In this document: positions 28,580 to 39,019 of the stretch, piece by piece | Layout: each line of letters opens with the position of its first letter | How positions within the stretch are numbered: the stretch's first letter is position 1 | Notes under the pieces: generated by a model | The model's database searches: none | Told to the model about the DNA's origin: nothing | The model's input: only the letters and a program-made list of their open reading frames with translations | Assembly: GCA_036125855.1 (NCBI GenBank) | Contig: JAYZTT010000027.1 | Span: 77,420 to 141,419 of the forward strand | From: Planctomycetota bacterium | GTDB lineage: Bacteria > Planctomycetota > UBA8108 > UBA1146 | Direction: 5' to 3' | DNA length: 64,000 nucleotides | Position numbers and translations under genes: made by a program

Positions 28580-29434
28580 TCAAAAACTGTATGAAACACC
28601 GATCTCGACGAGATCCAGCTCCAGATCGATTTCAGTTGGCCTTCCTGCTTGTTCGCCAATCAGTTCCACGGAGTGATTTCTTGCACCAAGAAACAGGTTC
28701 CAATCTGCTGAGGGGCTCCAGCCGATCCGGATTAGATTATCGACACATTCTGCATCGTAGTCGGTAATTTCAGAAAGAGGTAAGAGCGTGAAGATTGCAT
28801 CGAGATTCCAGGAAGGACTGATGGCGTAGTTGGCATGGACTCCGACGATCGGAGCCGGGGCGAGTTCGTCGATCTCGGAAAACGTTGTAGGTGTCGCGAT
28901 CGATTGAAGCGCTACTCGTAGTTCCGTCAAGTTCAACCCCGCAACGATGCGAAGATCGAGAGGAGATTCAGCGTCAGATTCGATGCCGGGCACTGGAAAT
29001 TCCATCAAGACTCGCGAAGTCGATAGATCAGTTTCGAGTCTGTAGGAATCAAGAGGTAGGTCTGCTCCGCCGAGCGGACCCTCGTAAGTGCCATTGCCGA
29101 TATTCGAAGTACCGATGTGATCGATAAAAAATCTCAGCGGGCCATGCTCAATGGTGGCAGAGGCTGCTAGCCTGAGCGAAGAATCGGAAGCTCCAAACGA
29201 GTCGAGATCAAGGGTGGAAGAAGCTCCTGCCGATTCGGTGACAACACTGCCCACGGGTGCGATACGAGCACCGGATAGGGAAGTCTTTATCTTCAGTTGC
29301 TGTTGAATCTGGGAGGAAATGGAACAGCCGCTAGCGGTCAGGATGCAGATCAGTGGCAATACCAACCAGAAGCCGATTTGCCTGGCACCGCGATGATATT
29401 GATCCCTGGTGGTTTTTAAAGACGAACGATTCAC
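28580..29434 (-). CDS. Putative outer-membrane beta-barrel lipoprotein
   Basis: Leader with lipobox ILTASGCS, alternating amphipathic strands, C-terminal ...IGVSYSF ending in Phe. Confidence 0.5.
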   Translation of the reverse strand: MNRSSLKTTRDQYHRGARQIGFWLVLPLICILTASGCSISSQIQQQLKIKTSLSGARIAPVGSVVTESAGASSTLDLDSFGASDSSLRLAASATIEHGPLRFFIDHIGTSNIGNGTYEGPLGGADLPLDSYRLETDLSTSRVLMEFPVPGIESDAESPLDLRIVAGLNLTELRVALQSIATPTTFSEIDELAPAPIVGVHANYAISPSWNLDAIFTLLPLSEITDYDAECVDNLIRIGWSPSADWNLFLGARNHSVELIGEQAGRPTEIDLELDLVEIGVSYSF

Positions 29435-29568
29435 CGGCGACTCCTTGATGCTTCTGATTGTCCCCTTTCCTGAGGCTTCCGCAACAGTTGCTCCCTTGCT
29501 GGTTCCGACCCCCAGGAAAGGCTAGGATGGAGGCAGAATTGTCTCACCTGAATGGGGAGGTTTGCCAG

Positions 29569-32500
29569 ATGCCGCCTTGGCTTTCCAGCTTACTGAAATC
29601 TGGACCCAGAATACTGCTGGGGACGATATTACTCCCTTCCATGGTGCTGGCCGGTGGTGGTGAAGAGATCCCTCCCGGAGCACTCGAGCACTTTGAGCGC
29701 GAGATCAGGCCGTTGCTGGTGCAGCGCTGCTATTCCTGTCACAGCGGCGCGGCGGAGAAGATCGAGAGTGAGCTAAGACTCGATTTCCGTGACGGGATTC
29801 TTACCGGTGGCACACGCGGTCCTGCAGTGGTGCCTGGTGATCCCGAGGCAAGCTTGCTGCTGAAGGCAGTCAACGGTACCGAGTCAGACCTGGCGATGCC
29901 TCCGGGAGAAACTCTGTCCACAGGTGAGATCCAGTCACTGGCACAATGGATTCGAACGGGAGCTCATGATCCGCGTGACGAGCCACCGACAGTAGCCCTG
30001 CAACCGGCAGAATCGGAAAACGAAATCAACCTGGAGGCTTCGAGAAATCGCTGGGCATTCAGGCCGGTGGCAGATCCCGTTGCTCCAGAGGTGCAGGCGC
30101 ACCATCGAGTTCGAGATTCCATCGATGCATTTGTCCTGGCAAGGCTGGAACAGAACGGTCTGACTCTGGCTCCGGAAGCCAATCTTTCAGTGCTGGCTCA
30201 GCGGGCCCATCAGTTGCTCACGGGTTTGCCGCTGTCATGGGACCGACTGCAGCAATTGCTCGCATCGGATGACCCTGATTCGTTCAATCTATTCATCGAA
30301 GAGTTGCTCGATTCTCCCGCATTCGGAGAGAGATGGGCACGTTCATGGCTCGATCTGGCTCGTTACGCCGATTCGAATGGACTCGATGAAAACCTCGCTT
30401 TTGGCGAGGCCTGGCGCTATCGCGATTATGTCATTCGCTCCTTTAATGAGGACAAGCCATACGATCAATTTCTGATCGAGCAGGTCGCAGGTGATCTGCT
30501 GCCGGAACCGGAACAGGAGGATGCCTGGCGAGATCAGAGGATCGCCACCGGATTCCTGACGCTGGGTCCGAAGATGCTTGCCGAACAGGATGAGGCAAAG
30601 CTGGCCATCGATGTGGTGGACGAGCAACTCGATGTCGCTTCCCGTGCTTTTCTTGCCATGACGGTCGGCTGTGCACGCTGTCACGATCACAAGTTCGATC
30701 CGATTTCAGCCAGAGACTACTACGCCATGGCAGGGATCTTTCGTTCGACCAGTACCATGGAGAATTTGAAGACCGTTGCAAAGTGGCGAGAGATCTCTCT
30801 CGAAACCAAGAAACAGCAACAAGTACGAAAAGAGTGGGAAAAGCACCGCGCTGAGCTGTCGAAGCAACTGGATCTGGAGAAGAAAAAGGTCCGGGCGGAT
30901 CTCGAACAGTTGTTGCCGACCAGCGTTGCGAAAAATCTCCAGTCTGCCAGGACAGCTATCGATCAGATTGCCATCTCTGGAGTTACCCAGACCGTTTCCA
31001 CATCTCTGGGGGAAAACCGATCGAACTACGGTACCGATCAGATCCCCGTGTTGCATTCGGTCAAGGGTGGGGTTCAACAGGCCACCTGGAAATTACATGT
31101 TCCTGACGCGGGGAAGTGGTCTCTCGATGTTCGATATGCGGCGATGGAGAAGCGACCGATGCGGTTACTCGTCAATGGCGAGGTGATCTCGGAAGATGCT
31201 CTCAAGACGGTCACCGGGGGCTGGACCACCACACATCAGTTCTGGGAAACGCAGGCGCAGCTACAGCTCGAAGCGGGAGAGGTCGAGATCCGTCTTGAGC
31301 GTCAGGGGGTGGTGCCGCACCTCGATCGGATCCGTCTGGTTCCGGCAGCTGGCTGGCCCGATACCGAAGACCCACTGCTGGTCAGCGGCTGGGTCGATTT
31401 CCTGACGCGCCCAACCCATCAAGAAGATCCGTTGTGGAGGCTGTGGCTGCAGTTCTGTCAGCAACAACTGGAAGGTCCCGAGGCGGTGACCAGCTGGTGG
31501 CAAGCGACGGTGACCACGGAAAATCTGACTACTCTGGCGGAACCAGCCCGGGCCATGTTGCTCGAATCTACCCCCACAAATCAGGGTGAAGTTGCTGAGA
31601 TTTTTGAGCAACTGGTCGTTGCCGCGGAGCACAAGGGTGAGTCGAAGAGCGAGTTGTTGCAGCCGATTTCGCAGCAACTTCGGTCAACTGCAGGGCCCTG
31701 GTTTGAAGCCCTGATTCTGGCCGAAAAGGCCGCTCCACCGCAGCTCAGAGAATCCATCGTGAAGCTGGATGAGAATCTTGCCGCCCATGATGGTCAAAAA
31801 CCTCCTCCCGCACAGATGGCCCTGGGGGTTCAGGATGGAACCGTTGCCGATCTTCCCGTGCATATCCGCGGCAGTCATCTGAGACTCGCCAAGGAGCCGG
31901 TTCCCCGTGGCGCACTTCAGGTCACCGAGCATCTGGTGCCCGCAATAACGATGTCAGAAGGCCACAGCGGTCGTCTCGAACTGGCACGTTGGATGGCCCA
32001 CCCGGACCATCCACTGACTTCCAGAGTCGCCGTGAATCGAATCTGGATGGAGCTGTTTGGTAGCGCCCTGGTAGCGACTCCTTCCAACTTCGGGCTCCGG
32101 GGTGATCGACCTAGCCATCCGGAATTGCTGGACCATCTGGCTGGCGATTTTGTTTCCGGAGGGTGGTCGATCAAGAAGTTGATTCGCAGAATCCTGGGCA
32201 CTTCTACCTGGAGGCAACAGGTTATCGAAGATGCAGTTGCTTTCGAAATCGATCCCGAGAATCGCCTCCTGTGGCGACAAAATCGTCATCGGTTACGAGC
32301 GGAAGCGGTGCGCGATTCGGTCCTGGCGGTGAGCGGGACTCTTGATCGCGAGATGGGTGGCACCCTGCTGAAGACAGGAAACCGGGGATACGTCACCAAT
32401 GATCAGTCGAACAACCAGGCTCGTTACGATTCGCTGCGCCGCTCCATCTACTTGCCGGTGGTTCGCAATGCCATGTATGAGCTGTTCAGTGCCTTTGATT

Positions 32501-32856
32501 ACAACGATCCATCCGCTCCCATATCACGGAGATATTCCACGGTGGTGCCACACCAGGCACTTTTCTTTCTCAATTCGCCGATGATTCTTGAGGCTGCCCT
32601 GGTGATTACTCGTGAAGTGGTTCTCGAAATCGAGGAAGAGCAAGAAAGGGTGCAAGCGGTACATCGACGGATTTTGTGCCGTGAAGCCAGTGAGTTGGAG
32701 GTGGAGAGAGCACTCCAATTCGTCAACAATGTCCAGGCGCACTCGGAGCAAAATCAGGTCGAGTCTTCCGACCAGGTGGAAGACTCAGTGGTGTCCGCCT
32801 GGCAGGCGTATGTCCAGGCTCTGATTTCATCGAGTGAGTTTCTTTATCTGGATTGA
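29569..32856 (+). CDS. PSCyt1 (CXXCH) / DUF1549 / CBM-like insert / DUF1553 (PSD1) multidomain protein
   Basis: Signal-like N-terminus, heme-binding motif CYSCH, and DUF1549-like and DUF1553-like regions (RCHDHKFDPIS, VHIRGSHL), ending ...SSSEFLYLD. ATG 29569 sits 8 nt after GGGGAGG. Confidence 0.85.
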   Translation: MPPWLSSLLKSGPRILLGTILLPSMVLAGGGEEIPPGALEHFEREIRPLLVQRCYSCHSGAAEKIESELRLDFRDGILTGGTRGPAVVPGDPEASLLLKAVNGTESDLAMPPGETLSTGEIQSLAQWIRTGAHDPRDEPPTVALQPAESENEINLEASRNRWAFRPVADPVAPEVQAHHRVRDSIDAFVLARLEQNGLTLAPEANLSVLAQRAHQLLTGLPLSWDRLQQLLASDDPDSFNLFIEELLDSPAFGERWARSWLDLARYADSNGLDENLAFGEAWRYRDYVIRSFNEDKPYDQFLIEQVAGDLLPEPEQEDAWRDQRIATGFLTLGPKMLAEQDEAKLAIDVVDEQLDVASRAFLAMTVGCARCHDHKFDPISARDYYAMAGIFRSTSTMENLKTVAKWREISLETKKQQQVRKEWEKHRAELSKQLDLEKKKVRADLEQLLPTSVAKNLQSARTAIDQIAISGVTQTVSTSLGENRSNYGTDQIPVLHSVKGGVQQATWKLHVPDAGKWSLDVRYAAMEKRPMRLLVNGEVISEDALKTVTGGWTTTHQFWETQAQLQLEAGEVEIRLERQGVVPHLDRIRLVPAAGWPDTEDPLLVSGWVDFLTRPTHQEDPLWRLWLQFCQQQLEGPEAVTSWWQATVTTENLTTLAEPARAMLLESTPTNQGEVAEIFEQLVVAAEHKGESKSELLQPISQQLRSTAGPWFEALILAEKAAPPQLRESIVKLDENLAAHDGQKPPPAQMALGVQDGTVADLPVHIRGSHLRLAKEPVPRGALQVTEHLVPAITMSEGHSGRLELARWMAHPDHPLTSRVAVNRIWMELFGSALVATPSNFGLRGDRPSHPELLDHLAGDFVSGGWSIKKLIRRILGTSTWRQQVIEDAVAFEIDPENRLLWRQNRHRLRAEAVRDSVLAVSGTLDREMGGTLLKTGNRGYVTNDQSNNQARYDSLRRSIYLPVVRNAMYELFSAFDYNDPSAPISRRYSTVVPHQALFFLNSPMILEAALVITREVVLEIEEEQERVQAVHRRILCREASELEVERALQFVNNVQAHSEQNQVESSDQVEDSVVSAWQAYVQALISSSEFLYLD

Positions 32857-32914
32857 ATGGCAGAGATGATGAATTTGTTGAAATGGTTGGGGTGCTGAAG
32901 TGGTGTTTGATCCG

Positions 32915-34303
32915 ATGACTGGCATTTCGCGTCGCAAGATGCTCAAGGGTTGCTGCGCTGGATTTGGCGCGCTGGCACTTGAGGGACTCATCGGCAAGAT
33001 TCCTGCCTTCGCGGGAATGCCCGGAAAACCACATTTCGCACCGCATGCCAAGAGAGTCATCTTTCTGTTCATGCATGGTGGGCCGTCACAGGTCGATACC
33101 TTCGATTACAAACCGCGCCTGATCCAGGATGACGGCAAACCGTTGCCCTATCCTCTGCCGAGGGTCACCTTCGCATCGCCGAATCAGTATGGAGGCGTGA
33201 TGCGCTCCCCCTGGGAATTCCGCCGCCATGGCGAATCCGGTCAGTGGGTGAGCGAGTTATTTCCACACGTTGCCGGGCAGGTCGACGATATCTGCTTCGT
33301 CAAGAGTCTTCATGGAACCAACGATGCGCATGGAGGCGCGTTGCTGGCCCTGCACACCGGTAGCGACACCTTTGTACGTCCGAGCATGGGTTCCTGGATG
33401 CTCTACGGTCTGGGTGAAGAGAATTCAAATCTGCCGGGATTCATCACGATCTGTCCCACTCTCGGACATGGTGGAGTCAATAACTGGTCGAGTGCATTCT
33501 TGCCGGCGAGATATCAGGGAACTCCGATTGGTCATGCAGGACTGAAGGCAAGGGACGCGACGATACATCACCTTGAAAACAATCACTGGAACGCTGGCAT
33601 CCAGAAACTTCAGCTTGATTTGCTCGAGGACATCAATCTAGAGCATCTCGGTAAACGAAGTACTGACGATGCACTGGAAGCCAGAATCAAGTCGTTTGAG
33701 GTTGCCTTCCAGATGCAGACGGAAGCTCCTCAGGTGATGGACTTCTCCGATGAAACTGCGATGACAAAAGAACTATATGGAATCGACGAACCCCAGACTG
33801 ACAACTTTGGCAGGCAATGCTTGATGGCGAGACGTTTTGCTGAAGCGGGAGTACGATTCATTCAATGCACTCATTCCTACAAGTGGGATCAGCACAGTAA
33901 TCTCAAGAGTGGTCATTCAAAGAATGCGCGCGAAGTCGACAAGCCCATCGCGGGCTTGTTGCAGGATCTCAAGTCCCGTGGGTTGCTGGAGGACACTCTG
34001 GTGTTATGGGGCGGTGAGTTCGGGCGGACACCCACTGCCCAGGATGGTAACGGGCGTGATCACAACCCTCATGGATTCACGATGTGGATGGCCGGGGGGG
34101 GTGTTCGGGGGGGGATGTCCTACGGCCAGACCGATGATTTTGGATACCACGCTGTCGTCGACAAGGTGCACGTTCATGATCTGCATGCGACGATCTTGCA
34201 CCTTCTGGGGATCGACCACGAGCGCCTCACGTTCCGCCATGCAGGACGTGATTTCCGCCTGACAGACGTGTCGGGGCGGGTGGTGAAAGAAATCATCGCC
34301 TGA
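32915..34303 (+). CDS. DUF1501 (sulfatase-fold) protein with twin-arginine-type signal
   Basis: MTGISRRKMLKGCCAGFGALAL leader; FLFMHGGPSQVDTFDYKP and WGGEFGRTP motifs typical of DUF1501. Confidence 0.85.
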   Translation: MTGISRRKMLKGCCAGFGALALEGLIGKIPAFAGMPGKPHFAPHAKRVIFLFMHGGPSQVDTFDYKPRLIQDDGKPLPYPLPRVTFASPNQYGGVMRSPWEFRRHGESGQWVSELFPHVAGQVDDICFVKSLHGTNDAHGGALLALHTGSDTFVRPSMGSWMLYGLGEENSNLPGFITICPTLGHGGVNNWSSAFLPARYQGTPIGHAGLKARDATIHHLENNHWNAGIQKLQLDLLEDINLEHLGKRSTDDALEARIKSFEVAFQMQTEAPQVMDFSDETAMTKELYGIDEPQTDNFGRQCLMARRFAEAGVRFIQCTHSYKWDQHSNLKSGHSKNAREVDKPIAGLLQDLKSRGLLEDTLVLWGGEFGRTPTAQDGNGRDHNPHGFTMWMAGGGVRGGMSYGQTDDFGYHAVVDKVHVHDLHATILHLLGIDHERLTFRHAGRDFRLTDVSGRVVKEIIA

Positions 34304-34330
34304 GACCGCGAACCGATCTCAGGCGATGAT
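34292..34330. terminator. 14-bp perfect inverted repeat between convergent genes (likely terminator of the minus-strand barrel gene)
   Basis: ATCATCGCCTGAGA (34292-34305) / TCTCAGGCGATGAT (34317-34330) with an 11-nt loop. It contains the DUF1501 stop codon. On the minus strand it is followed by UUCUUUC. Confidence 0.55.
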
Positions 34331-34362
34331 ATAGATACTGCTTGCTGCTCCCTGGAACCGAT

Positions 34363-34995
34363 TTACCAGTTGACGCCAGCCATGATGCTCAACAGAGAGC
34401 GATCCGTGACATCATCGTAAGTGGAGATCTTGTAGTCGATCCCCAGATGAGCGTTGTCTCCGAGGTGAAGTAGCGCTCCACCATGGAAGTAAGGACCCGA
34501 GGCGCTGGAAGGTAGATCGAGGCCGTGTTCGTCAATTTTGATCGAACTGAATCCAGCCCCACCAATCAGTGAGAATGGTGTGAATGGTAGCTCGGCGACA
34601 ACTCTAGCTCCCAAAAACAACTCTGCATCGTTAACATCTCCAGCAGCGCCGTCGTCTTCAGTCGCAGAGAGATAGCCGATTTCTGGCGCGATGTACCAAT
34701 CGCTTTTTCTGGCACTGATCCAGATTCCAAATCCGTCGACATCGTTCAGCGGATTTTCGAGATCCGGATTTACATCATAATCATAGGTGCCATAGATCAC
34801 GCTCACCTGGCCTGTGTATGGTTTGGCATGAGGTTGCTCAACTCCCGAGAATGGCGAGGTTGCATCCGGACGCATCCGGACCCAGTCCTCATTCCCGGCA
34901 CAGCCTGCGAGCATCGAGAAACACAAAAAGATCAATCCGAAGGTTCTGAGACTCCACACGGTCAGTCTCCAATTCTTTGGGCTTCGTAGCGTCAC
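34363..34995 (-). CDS. Putative small outer-membrane beta-barrel lipoprotein
   Basis: Leader ...LIFLCFSMLAGCAG (lipobox), alternating strands, C-terminal ...IMAGVNW. GTG 34995 is a guess. The track ORF extends to 35142. Confidence 0.5.
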   Translation of the reverse strand: MTLRSPKNWRLTVWSLRTFGLIFLCFSMLAGCAGNEDWVRMRPDATSPFSGVEQPHAKPYTGQVSVIYGTYDYDVNPDLENPLNDVDGFGIWISARKSDWYIAPEIGYLSATEDDGAAGDVNDAELFLGARVVAELPFTPFSLIGGAGFSSIKIDEHGLDLPSSASGPYFHGGALLHLGDNAHLGIDYKISTYDDVTDRSLLSIMAGVNW

Positions 34996-35563
34996 TTTTC
35001 TTTCCGGTACCCGGACCCACCGGGCGGCCTTTCCCTTCCGGCCACATGAGACCCGGTGATCTTGAAATCGACACCGGACCCGATACGACCGAGATGGGAG
35101 AGGCGGGATTCTAGACCGCTGACGAGGCAGCGGCAAGCTCAACCGGTGGCCGGGTCGCGAACAGGCGAACGGCCGATCCTTGACTCTGAACGGGCATCTC
35201 GTAGGATTCAGGCTTCCGGGTTCCTATTCCGGTCGATCTTGGCCATTGCGTTGCATTGGTCGTGATCTTGAGCGGGTGACAAATCGGTATTCATCGCGAA
35301 AGATGAGCGAATTGGACCATCATGTATCCTGGGAACCGGGAGCGAGTGGGTGCTGTCGTGCGGGGTTTGCCCGGTAATGGGCGACGCGGCAGTGGACCTC
35401 TGGGTGCGTATAGAAGAGTGGAAGATCACTGCTCTGGAAGCAGCAGGACCCGATCCTGAAGATCCATCACTCTTAGCGGGTCGTTCCCTTGCCGCAAAAG
35501 GTGAGGTGATGATTGATCCGTTCTGGAGATCGGCTGGCCGATTTTCCGTAGGAAAGGTGGAGC

Positions 35564-37258
35564 ATGAAGAAGAAGGTCGGAGAAATCCTTCGAGAGAAGG
35601 GTTGGGTTACCGACGAGCAAGTTCAAAAGGCTCTCGCATACAGTAAGTCAGAAAATTGCAAAATAGGTGAAGCGCTGGTCAATCTTGAGTTGTGCACTCA
35701 GGAGCAGGTGACCAGAGCACTCGCCATCCACTTCCAGCTACCCTTTGCCAACCTGGGTAAGCACATCATCGCCCAGGATATTATCGATGCGATTCCCAAA
35801 GAGGTTGCCATCGAACACCGGATCGTTCCGGTGGCACGCAAGGGGCGTACTCTCATCATCGCGATGGCAGATCCTCTCGATTTCTTCACCATAGATAATC
35901 TGCGATTCATCCTTTCCACCGAGGTGGACTGTGCGCTTGCCACTCCTGAAGCGGTGGATGAGGCGCTTGATGACTACTATCGATTGGCTGGCGGATACGA
36001 CTCCGTTCTCGGTGAGCACGCTGGATCTGACGAGGACGTGGAATTTGGCCGTGGCGACTACGCTGGCGATGATAGCGATGCCAATGAGGCACCCGTGATC
36101 AAGCTGGTGCACATGCTGATCGCCAATGCCCTCAAGGCCGGTGCATCCGATATTCACATCGAGCCGATGGAGCATGACCTGCGTGTCAGGTACCGGGTCG
36201 ATGGGGTTTGCGAGGTGATGGATTCACCTCCCAAGAAGCTGCAAGGTCCCGTGATTTCCCGTCTCAAGATCATGGCGCGCATGGATATGGCGGAAAAAAG
36301 ACGTCCGCAGGACGGCCGTATCAAGATCAAGATCGGCGGAAAGGAAATCGACCTCAGGGTTTCCATCATTCCCACCGTTCATGGTGAGAGCGTGGTGATG
36401 AGGATTCTCGACAAGGATGCTGGCCTGGTCGATCTGGAGAAGCTCGGTTTTCATGAGTCAGATCTTGGACGCTTTAATCGTATCATCAAAAGACCGAACG
36501 GCATTTTCCTGGTCACCGGTCCCACCGGATCGGGAAAGACGACAACCCTGTACTCGGCATTGATGGATTTGAATCGTCCAGACGTGAAAATCATCACGGC
36601 TGAGCATCCGATTGAATACAACCTTGCTGGTATCAATCAGTCCGAGGTGAAGCACGAGATCGGCCTCGATTTCTCGAGGATTCTTCGCGCCATGATGCGC
36701 CAGGCTCCGAACATCATCCTGGTGGGTGAGATTCGTGACCGTGAAACAGCTGATACCGCCATCCAGGCGGCACTGACCGGTCACCTCGTTTTCTCAACTC
36801 TCCACACCAATGACGCACCATCTGCTCTGACCCGTCTCATCGATATGGGTGTGAAACCATTCCTGGTGGCTTCAGCTGTTCTTGCCATCATGGGTCAAAG
36901 ATTGATTCGTTTGCTTTGCAAGGAGTGTAAAGAAGTCTATGAACCCGCGGAGACCGAGCTTCGGATGATCGGGCTTAGCAGTTCAGACATCATGGGTCAA
37001 TCCCTCTACCGAGCTGTTGGCTGTGCCAAGTGTTCAGGGGGTTACAAGGGCCGTTGCGGAATCTACGAATTGCTGGAGATGTCTTCAGATATTCGGGATA
37101 TGACCTTTGATAAGTCGCCGACAAAAGATCTGCGCAATAAGGCACGTAGCGAGGGGATGGTGTCTCTCCAGGAAGACGCAGTGAGAAAGTTGCTTTCGGG
37201 GATGACATCCATCGAGGAGATCTTACGAGTTACCCACTCCTCGGAGTTTACGAGTTAA
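35564..37258 (+). CDS. pilB: Type II secretion / type IV pilus assembly ATPase (GspE/PilB family), copy 1
   Basis: N-terminal T2SSE_N-type domain, Walker A VTGPTGSGKTTTLYS, Asp and His boxes, tetracysteine CKECK...CAKCSGGYKGR. ATG follows AAGGTGGAG. Confidence 0.9.
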   Translation: MKKKVGEILREKGWVTDEQVQKALAYSKSENCKIGEALVNLELCTQEQVTRALAIHFQLPFANLGKHIIAQDIIDAIPKEVAIEHRIVPVARKGRTLIIAMADPLDFFTIDNLRFILSTEVDCALATPEAVDEALDDYYRLAGGYDSVLGEHAGSDEDVEFGRGDYAGDDSDANEAPVIKLVHMLIANALKAGASDIHIEPMEHDLRVRYRVDGVCEVMDSPPKKLQGPVISRLKIMARMDMAEKRRPQDGRIKIKIGGKEIDLRVSIIPTVHGESVVMRILDKDAGLVDLEKLGFHESDLGRFNRIIKRPNGIFLVTGPTGSGKTTTLYSALMDLNRPDVKIITAEHPIEYNLAGINQSEVKHEIGLDFSRILRAMMRQAPNIILVGEIRDRETADTAIQAALTGHLVFSTLHTNDAPSALTRLIDMGVKPFLVASAVLAIMGQRLIRLLCKECKEVYEPAETELRMIGLSSSDIMGQSLYRAVGCAKCSGGYKGRCGIYELLEMSSDIRDMTFDKSPTKDLRNKARSEGMVSLQEDAVRKLLSGMTSIEEILRVTHSSEFTS

Positions 37259-37309
37259 TCAGTTCATTCAATCCGGTGCCGTCCCGGAGAAGTGACGGTG
37301 AGGTGAGAA

Positions 37310-39019
37310 ATGGCGCTTGCCGCGAAGCCGATCGGTCAAATCCTCAAAGATATGGAATTGATCGCGGAGCTTGACATCCAGGAGGCCCTGCAAGATCAGA
37401 AGTCAAAGGGCGGTGCACTCGGCAGAATCCTGGTCGATAAGGGTTTGATTACTGAATCTGATCTACGGGTGGCGATCGCCAAGCAGGCGGGTATGGAGCC
37501 GGTAGATCTCGACGAGGTGGTGGTGACCGCCGATCTGCTTGAGATGGTCCCTTCTCATGTTGCTGAGACCTATCAGGTGATCCCCGTCGAGTTCGATGGT
37601 GCTGTTCTCACCCTTGCGGTGGCAGACCCACAAAATATGAGTGCCCTTGATGACATGAAGTTCATGTTGAATGTCGAGGTGAAGGGCGCACTCAGCGATC
37701 CCGAATCAATTGAACGTGCGATGGAGAAGTATTACGCAGATCGTTCCGAATCGATGGAGAGCTTGCTTGGCTCGATTGACAAGGACGACATCGAGGTCAT
37801 GGACGACAATCGTCACGAGATGATGGATATGGATCAGCTGGAAAAAGATGTGAATGCTGCACCGGTGGTGAAGCTTCTCAACATGGTCCTTCTGTCTGCG
37901 ATCAAGGACCGAGCGTCCGATATTCACCTCGAACCATTTGAAAAAGAATTCAAGATTCGATACCGGGTCGACGGAGTCCTCTACGAGATGATGCCTCCTC
38001 CGATCCAGCTGGCACGCGCGGTGATCTCCAGGGTAAAGGTGATGTCGAACCTCGACATCGCTGAAACACGCCTGCCGCAGGATGGCCGTATCGAGCTCAA
38101 TATCGCTGGTCGTCCCGTTGACCTGAGGGTTTCGACTCTGCCGACGATGTACGGAGAGTCAGTGGTGATGAGGGTTCTGGACCGGGGTCAGGTTTCGCTT
38201 GATCTCGAGAACATCGGATTGCGAGCCAAGGATCTCGACCGGCTTCAGAAGCTGATCATGAAACCCAATGGCATCATCCTGGTGACAGGTCCGACCGGAT
38301 CAGGCAAGACGACAACTCTTTACTCATGCCTCAATGAGGCCAATGACCCGGCGACAAAGATCATCACCACCGAGGATCCGGTGGAATACAATATCGATGG
38401 CATCGTCCAGATCCCCATCAACGAAGATATCAACGTGACCTATGCCGCCTGTCTCAGGGCGATTTTGCGTCAGGACCCGGACAAGATTCTGGTCGGTGAA
38501 ATTCGTGACCTCGAGACGGCCCAGATCGCCGTCGAGGCGAGCCTGACCGGTCACGTGGTGTTTTCAACACTTCATACCAACGACGCTCCATCTTCGGTGA
38601 TTCGATTGATCGATCTGGGTGTAGAGGCCTTCCTGTTGACAGCAACTGTTGAAGCGGTGGTTGCTCAGAGGCTGGTCAGAAGAGTCTGCTCCGCCTGCAA
38701 GGTGGAGTACGAGCCGACCGATGAGATGCTGATGGAGCTTGAGCTGACGCCGTCTGATGTTCAGGATAGAACCTTCTTCTACGGCAAAGGCTGCAAGGAA
38801 TGTAATGGTTCCGGATACAAGGGCAGAATCGCTCTTTTCGAAATCATGGTGATGTCGGATCGTTTGCGCGATCGCATCATGGATGGAGCGAGTACGCAGG
38901 AACTGCAGTCGGTCGCGCGAGAAGAGGGGATGACGACCCTACGCGATGCGGGCCTCTTGCATATTTACGATGGAATTACCACCATCGAGGAAGTCGTCAA
39001 GGAGACCTTTGTCTCCTAG
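37310..39019 (+). CDS. pilB: Type II secretion / type IV pilus assembly ATPase (GspE/PilB family), copy 2
   Basis: Same architecture as copy 1: VTGPTGSGKTTTLYS, CSACK...CKECNGSGYKGR. Confidence 0.9.
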   Translation: MALAAKPIGQILKDMELIAELDIQEALQDQKSKGGALGRILVDKGLITESDLRVAIAKQAGMEPVDLDEVVVTADLLEMVPSHVAETYQVIPVEFDGAVLTLAVADPQNMSALDDMKFMLNVEVKGALSDPESIERAMEKYYADRSESMESLLGSIDKDDIEVMDDNRHEMMDMDQLEKDVNAAPVVKLLNMVLLSAIKDRASDIHLEPFEKEFKIRYRVDGVLYEMMPPPIQLARAVISRVKVMSNLDIAETRLPQDGRIELNIAGRPVDLRVSTLPTMYGESVVMRVLDRGQVSLDLENIGLRAKDLDRLQKLIMKPNGIILVTGPTGSGKTTTLYSCLNEANDPATKIITTEDPVEYNIDGIVQIPINEDINVTYAACLRAILRQDPDKILVGEIRDLETAQIAVEASLTGHVVFSTLHTNDAPSSVIRLIDLGVEAFLLTATVEAVVAQRLVRRVCSACKVEYEPTDEMLMELELTPSDVQDRTFFYGKGCKECNGSGYKGRIALFEIMVMSDRLRDRIMDGASTQELQSVAREEGMTTLRDAGLLHIYDGITTIEEVVKETFVS

